Source of the DNA: Eledone cirrhosa
Taxonomy: Eukaryota
DNA: 64,000 nucleotides
NCBI GenBank assembly: GCA_964016885.1
Contig: OZ024764.1
Coordinates: 13,392,001 to 13,456,000, forward strand
Direction: 5' to 3'
A program made the position numbers and the translations under genes. Below, one piece after another: positions 55,870 to 64,000 of the stretch. Within the stretch, counting starts at the first letter, position 1. The number at the start of each line of letters is the position of its first letter. The notes under the pieces were generated by a model. That model saw only the letters and a list, made by a program, of their open reading frames with translations, did not search any database and was not told the origin of the DNA.

Positions 55870-56335
55870 CCTCTGTGTAACTTTCGAGTTGACATTTGAG
55901 AGGCTCCCGTACAGCTCTGAGTTCTTCATCCTCAGTGTATACTGATTAATGTTCAGAGCCATCCTCAGCATTCTCGTGTAGCACCCATCCACCATCTGAG
56001 TGAGTTTCTTGGTCAGTGTCCAAGTCTCAGGCCCGCACAGCAGCACAGACTCCACTACAGCAATGAAGAGGCGGATTTTCAGGTCTTTACGAAGGTCCGA
56101 CTTCCACACCGATCTCAAGCTGTGGCACGCCGCCCAGGCTTTGCTCTTACTCTCGACCACATCATCTGCATGGACACACTGGAAGAGGAAGACCGAGGTT
56201 AACGTATCTTGATGCCCTAAGGACAGACACCGGTCTCTTGGAGACGCAGGACATGGCAGCGATAATGAGGGACAGAGACCGCTGGAGAGAACTCGTCCAT
56301 GGTTCTCGGGAATTTCACCTGCCCTAGATAGATAA
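55870..56335. mobile_element. RTE-like LINE fragment with 5' inversion (minus 55870-56160, plus 56170-56335)
   Basis: Minus: KIRLFIAVVESVLLCGPETWTLTK...DGCYTRMLRMALN. Plus: GRGRPRLTYLDALRTDTG...MRDRDRWR. Confidence 0.75.
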
Positions 56336-56584
56336 ATATATATACTATAGTAAAAGTTATGGGGAAATATCCAAGGGGAAGCGCAATCAGTACATTTCTA
56401 TTTTCCTCATGACAGGCTGAATGAGTTGGGGCCCAGAACCCAACGAAACTTGAGTACCTGTTTATGTCACCATTGTAATTATATATATATATATATTGTT
56501 TCCGTGGAAAGGTAAAGGAAAGGAGAGTGCTCTATGTAGACTACAGAGCTATTTAGTTATGTATTAAACAACATAAGACAATTA

Positions 56585-56655
56585 TTTCATTTACCAAAGG
56601 TTTCACGAAGTCACAATCTTGACACAGACGTTTGAAGTCGTTCGTCAGAAGGAAA
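56585..56655 (-). ncRNA. Type-I hammerhead (family of 41257) with CTGACGA core
   Basis: TTTCCTT-CTGACGA-ACGA...TCGT-GAA-ACC-ttt-GGT-A-AATGAAA. Flanks homologous to 41170-41270. Confidence 0.65.
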
Positions 56656-56759
56656 ATTTATTTAAAATGGATGTTTTAAAATAAATTTGGAAAATTTATT
56701 TAAAATGTATGTTTTTAAATAAATTTGGAAAAAAGCAGCATCTTCGACGCTGGTACATA

Positions 56760-56800
<41 letters not shown>

Positions 56801-57207
56801 ATGTTGAAAAGGTAACGCACTAGAGAGAGAGAGAGAGAGAGAGAGATCGTGTACCATCAATAAAACAGGGAAAACCACCAGTGTATCGAATCTATAATCT
56901 ATGGAAGGCAAGGTAGACACACAATAATTAAAAATATAAATTAAGATGTAGGGCCCGCATTAGGTGAAAACCTGCATTTTTCCTGCTTCATCGAGGAAAA
57001 TCTTAAAGATTATCCAGCCATAAGAGTATTCGGTTTATTTTCATTACATATTGTCCAGGCACGCAGTTTTTCCACGATTAGGTCTGTGGGCGGCCCGCGT
57101 CCCAAAATACCTTATCCCGTGCCGGGTACCACTGCTTGTTATCAATATAACCATAATATACACCTTTGAAAATATATCTTTGCAAGATTCCATTAAAAAA
57201 TATACAT

Positions 57208-57326
57208 ATTTACGGCCATATCACGCTGAAAACACCGATTCTCGTCCGATCATCGAAGTTAAGCAACGTCGAGCCAAGTTCGTACTTAGATGGGTGACCA
57301 CATGGGAAAGCTAGGTGCTGTAAGCA
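57208..57326 (+). pseudogene. Solitary 5S rRNA gene copy, probably a pseudogene or SINE head
   Basis: TACGGCCATATCACGCTGAAAACACCG...GAAGTTAAGCAACGTCG...GTACTTAGATGGGTGACC...GGTGCTGTAAGC is full-length 5S-like. It has substitutions around the internal promoter and only TTT after the end. Confidence 0.85.
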
Positions 57327-58379
57327 TTTAGAAAAACAAGGGCGGTGCCCCAGCATGATCTCAGTCGAATGGCTGGAACAGGTAAAAGAGTATTATTAAG
57401 AAAGTTATGATGAAAATAGTCCCGGGTAATTATGTTCGTAATGTGTTTTTTGGGTCAACACCGTCCAGAACATCTGTCAGGGGAGACAAATGTTTTTGTT
57501 TTTTTTTGTTGCTTTTGGAGTGACAATGTCGGAGTTGGTTAATTTTACCTATGGTCTGGATTACAATAACAGCAATAAAAGTAGCTACAACATGGATTTA
57601 ACCTTCCATTGGAACTTTTTAAGACGGTTCAAGCTCAACAAAAAAAAACGACTTGAACGGATAGCTTACTTAAAACCTCAGCTGAACTCATCTGTCTGAC
57701 GTCTATGGAGAAAGTAAGTTCAGTTTTATTTCAACTGTTTTTATTACCTTGTTAACAAAAAGGCTGTGGTTTGGCAATATCGGTAGAGCGTCAGACACCA
57801 TGGACTTTACGTTCTGAGTTAAAATTCTACCGAGGCTAACTTTGCCTTTCATCCTTACGGGGTCGATAAAATAAAGTACCAGTAATACACTGGAGGTAAT
57901 TGGTGGCTTTGACCCAGAAGTAGAAACAATTATTTTTGTTACTATCATTATCGGTGGTTTGGCAGAAACGGTAGAGCGTCAGACACCATGCTTTTGCAGC
58001 ATAGAGTTATGGCCTTTACCTTCTGAGTTCAAATCCCACCGAGGTTAACTTTGCCTTTCATCCTTACAGGGTCAATAAATAAAGTACCAGTAATGCACTA
58101 GGGTAATTGCTGGCCTTGTGCCTAACGTAGAAACATTATTTTCTTAACAAAACCAATTGAAACCTCGCCGTGGCCTATAAAAAAAAAAAAAAAAAAAGGG
58201 GTATTTTCTTATTATTATTACGCCACACTCAAAGACGGGTGTGATAGTAATAATTTTTTAGACTTTAGCGGTAGTTAGTTTAAATCAGGCGTGTGCAACA
58301 TATTCCATTGGCGGGGCCACTTTTGAACATTGGAACAACTATTAGGGCCATTAATATTTATTAAGCACTATTCCAAAGA

Positions 58380-59330
58380 TTCACCACAACTTCTTTCCAT
58401 AATGAAATTTGAAAAAGTTAATCAGAGCATCACCGAAGAGGTAAGTGCTCGTCTTCAGCTCTTTCAAACGCGTCCACCACACGACCTCTTTCACCATGGC
58501 CACCAGGCAGATAAAAACTGCCTGCCCTTCCTGGCTAAAGGAAGACGGTGGGGAAATCCGCACGATGGACTCAGCTGATAGCCGGATTGAGAGATCACAG
58601 CTCCGATACTATGAGCATGTGGTTAGAATGTCTCAGGAAAGAATCTCTGAATTGAGAGATCACAGCTCTGATACTACAGACCTGTGGTTAGAATGTCTCA
58701 GGAAAGAATCTCTGAATTGAGAGATCACAGCTCTGATACTACAGACATGTGGATAGAATGTCTCAGGAAAGAATCTCTGAATTGAGAGATCACAGCTCTG
58801 ATACTACAGACATCTGGTTAGAATGTCTCAGGAAAGAATCTTTGAATTGAGAGATCACAGCTCTGATACTACAGACATGTGGTTAGAATGTCTCAGGAAA
58901 GAATCTGCTAATTGAGAGGTCACAGCTCTGATACTACAAACATGTGGTTAGAATGTCTCAGGAAAGAATCTCTGAATTGAGATATCACAGCTCTGATACT
59001 ACAGACATGTGGTTAGAATGTCTCAGGAAAGAATCTCTGAATTGAGAGATCACAGCTCTGATACTACAGACATGTGGTTAGAATGTCTCAGGAAAGAATC
59101 GCTGGACAGATTTTATGGGCAAAACCAACCGGAAGGAGACCCAAGGGTAGACCCCGAGCAAGATGGTTGGATATCATCCATGAGATTGGTTGGACTCCTC
59201 GCTTGTGAGTTCCAGTCAGATCATTTGGAGACGATTGCCTCAGATAGGACCCGCTGGAAGGGTGAGGCAGGGCTCTGCACCTCGCCCCATATCCCTTTCA
59301 GAGATACGTGGACGAAGAAGGGGAAAGTGG
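58380..59330 (+). mobile_element. RTE-like LINE 3' fragment with a 65-bp x8 tandem array
   Basis: IERSQLRYYEHVVRMSQER repeated every 65 nt from 58586 to 59041, then KPTGRRPKGRPRARWLD. Confidence 0.78.
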
Positions 59331-59544
59331 ATCATGTCAACCCCAGTAGATTACTGGTTCTTTATTTTGACGACCCCGGAAGGATGAAAGGTGAAGTTGA
59401 AGTGAAGGGCAATAACGCGTATTTCACTATTGTTGTCACGTCGTCAGCGTGTGAGTGTGTATGACATCAGTGTGTGTGTGTGTGTTTTGGGACATTTGCA
59501 AGTATAGATAGGTATATAAAGATCACAATATTTAGAGTATCGGA

Positions 59545-59557
59545 AACTACTACCACC

Positions 59558-59598
<41 letters not shown>

Positions 59599-59779
59599 CA
59601 CTACCACTACTACTACTACTACCACCACCACCACCACCACCACTACTACTACTACTACTACCACCACCACCACCACTATAACTACTACTACTACTACTAC
59701 TACCATCACCACCACCACTACTACTACTACCACCACCACCACTACCACTACTACTACTACTACCACCACCACCACTATA

Positions 59780-59813
<34 letters not shown>

Positions 59814-59908
59814 TCACTATAACTACTACTACTACTACTACCACCACCACCACTACTACTACTACTACCACCACCACCACCACCACCACCACCACCACCA
59901 CCACCACC

Positions 59909-59976
<68 letters not shown>

Positions 59977-60155
59977 CACTACTAATACCACCATCGCCAA
60001 CACAAACCACGACCACTACTACTACTACCACCACCAATACTACTACCACCACTACTACTACTACCACTACTACTACTACTACTGCTACCACCACCACTAC
60101 TACTACTGCTACCCCCACCCCCACTACCACCACCACTACTACTACTGCTACTGAA
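59545..60155. repeat. (ACT)n/(ACC)n microsatellite
   Basis: Seen directly. Confidence 0.95.
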
Positions 60156-60189
60156 GTAGTTGTTTACAATATCATTGTATGTAAAACAT

Positions 60190-60728
60190 ACCATCTCTCT
60201 CTCTACACATATATATATATATACACACACACACTCTCTCTCTACACACATATATATACACACACACACACACTCTCTCTCTCTCTCTATATATATACAC
60301 ACACACACTCTCTCTCTCTACACACACACATATATATATATACACACACACACTCTCTCTCTCTCTATATATATATACACACACACACTCTCTCTCCCTA
60401 CACACACATATATATATATACACACACACACACACTCTCTCTCTCTCTATATATATATACACACACACACACTCTCTCTCTCTCTACACACATATATATA
60501 TATACACACACACACACTCTCTCTCTCTATATATATATACACACACACATACACACTCTCTCTCTACACATATATATATATACACTCACACACACACTCT
60601 CTCTCTACACACATATATATATATACACACACATACACACACTCTCTCTCTACACACATATATATATATACACACACATACACACATATATATATATACA
60701 CTCACACACACACACTCTCTCTTTACAC

Positions 60729-60760
<32 letters not shown>

Positions 60761-63700
60761 TCTCTCTCTCTCTACACATATATATATATACACACATACA
60801 CACACTCTCTACACACACATATATATATATACACACATACACACACTCTCTCTCTACACACACATATATATATATACACACACACACTCTCTCTACACAC
60901 ACATATATATATATACACACACACTCTCTCTCTCTATATATATATACACACACAAACACTCTCTCTCTCTACACATATATATATATATACACATACACAC
61001 ACTCTCTCTCTACACACACATATATATACACACATACACACACTCTCTCTCTACACACATATATATATATACACACACATACACACACTCTCTCTCTACA
61101 CACATATATATATATACACACACATACACACATATATATATATATACACACACACACACACTCTCTCTCTCTCTACACATATATATATATACACACATAC
61201 ACACACTCTCTACACACACATATATATATATACACACATACACACACTCTCTCTCTACACACACATATATATATACACACACACACACTCTCTCTACACA
61301 CACATATATATATATACACACACACTCTCTCTCTCTATATATATATACACACACAAACACTCTCTCTCTCTACACATATATATATATATACACATATACA
61401 CACACTCTCTCTCTACACACATATATATATATATATACACACACATACACACATATATATATATACACTCACACACACACACTCTCTCTTTACACATATA
61501 TATATATATATACACACACGCACACACTCTCTCTCTACACACACATATATATATATACACACATACACACACTCTCTACACACACATATATATATATACA
61601 CACATACACACACTCTCTCTACACACACACATATATATATACACACACACACACACTCTCTCTCTACACACATATATATATATACACACACACTCTCTCT
61701 CTCTATATATATATACACACACACACACTCTCTCTCTCTACACATATATATATATATACACACATACACACACTCTCTCTCTACACACACATATATATAC
61801 ACACATACACACACTCTCTCTCTACACATACATATATATACACACATACACACACTCTCTCTCTACACATATATATATATATACACACATACACACACTC
61901 TCTCTCTACACATATATATATATATACACACATACACACACTCTCTCTCTACACACACATATATATACACACATACACACACTCTCTCTCTACACATATA
62001 TATATATATATATACACACATACACACACTCTCTCTCTACACATATATATATACACATACACACTCTCTCTCTACACACATATATATATACACTCACACA
62101 CACACACTCTCTCTCTACACACACATATATATATATACACACACACACACACTCTCTCTCTACACACATATATATATACACTCACATACACACACTCTCT
62201 CTCTCTACACACATATATATATACACACACACACTCTCTCTCTCTACACACATATATATATATATACACACATACACACACACTCTCTCTCTACACACAT
62301 ATATATATACACACATACACACACTCTCTCTCTACACACATATATATATATACACTCACACACACACACTCTCTCTCTACACACACATATATATATATAC
62401 ACACATACACACACTCTCTCTCTACACACATATATATATACACACATACACACACTCTCTCTCTACACACATATATATATATATACACTCACACACTCTC
62501 TCTCTACACATATATATATACACTCACACACTCTCTCTCTACACATATATATATACACTCACACACACACACTCTCTCTCTACACATATATATATATACT
62601 CACATACACACACACTCTCTCTACACACATATATATATACACTCACACACACACTCTCTCTCTACACATATATATATATACACACACATACACACACTCT
62701 CTCTCTACACACATATATATATATACACACACATACACACATATATATATATATACACTCACACACACACACTCTCTCTTTACACATATATATATATATA
62801 CACACATACACACACTCTCTCTCTACACATATATATATATACACACATACACACACTCTCTACACACACATATATATATATACACACATACACACACTCT
62901 CTCTCTACACACACATATATATATACACACACACACACTCTCTCTACACACACATATATATATATACACACACACTCTCTCTCTCTATATATATATACAC
63001 ACACAAACACTCTCTCTCTCTACACATATATATATATATACACATACACACACACTCTCTCTACACACATATATATACACTCACACACACACACTGTCTC
63101 TCTACACACACATATATATATATACACACATACTCACACTCTCTCTCTCTACACATATATATATATACACACACACACACACTCTCTCTCTACACATACA
63201 TATATATATACACACATACACACACTCTCTCTCTCTCTACATATATATATATATATACACACATACACACACTCTCTCTCTACACACATATATATATACA
63301 CACACACACTCTCTCTCGACACATATATATACACATACACACACTCTCTCTCTACACATATATATATATATATATACACATACACACACTCTCTCTACAC
63401 ACACATATATATATACACACATACACACACTCTCTCTCTACACACATATATATATATATACACACACACTCTCTCTCTACACACATATATATATACACAC
63501 ATACACACACTCTCTCTCTCTCTACACACATATATATATATACACATACACACACTCTCTCTCTACACACATATATATACACACACATACACACACTCTC
63601 TCTTTACACACATATATATATATATACACACATACACACTCTCTCTACACACACATATATATACACACATACACACTCTCTCTCTACACACATATATACA

Positions 63701-64000
63701 CACATACACACACTCTCTCTCTCTACACACATATATATATACACACATACACACTCTCTCTCTACACACATACACACACTCTCTCTCTCTCTACACACAT
63801 ATATATATACACTCACACACACACACTCTCTCTCTACACACACATATATATACACACATACACACTCTCTCTACACACACATATATATACACACATACAC
63901 ACTCTCTCTCTACACACATACACACACTCTCTCTCTCTACACATATATATACACTCACACACACACACACTCTCTCTCTACACATATATATATACACACA
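60190..64000. repeat. Compound (CT)n-(AC)n-(AT)n microsatellite-derived satellite running off the window end
   Basis: Repeated ~35-40-nt blocks CTCTCT-ACACAC-ATATAT-ACACAC. Confidence 0.95.

Overview
Repeat-dense, AT-rich animal DNA. The repeat families resemble those of octopus/cephalopods (an inference). The + strand carries the 3' part of a rabankyrin-5 (ANKFY1) gene: 17 GT-AG exons from 492 to 42400, encoding ankyrin repeats and a C-terminal FYVE zinc finger. Introns and the downstream region contain microsatellites, two tRNA-type SINE families, RTE-, CR1- and R4/Dong-like LINE fragments, a non-autonomous Helitron-like element and a solitary 5S rRNA-like copy. Two patterns stand out. (1) About 15 type-I hammerhead ribozyme motifs from several unrelated families lie in short (TA)n-flanked elements, many folded back into palindromes. 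Several have palindromic stem III and two carry the covaried U3-A8 core, consistent with Penelope-like (Naiad-type) pLTR remnants or retrozyme-like elements. (2) Pieces of LINE 3' ends are repeatedly amplified into tandem arrays, including a 153-bp RTE-derived array that forms a stop-free 2147-codon ORF inside an ANKFY1 intron. All structures were read by eye; none was computed.
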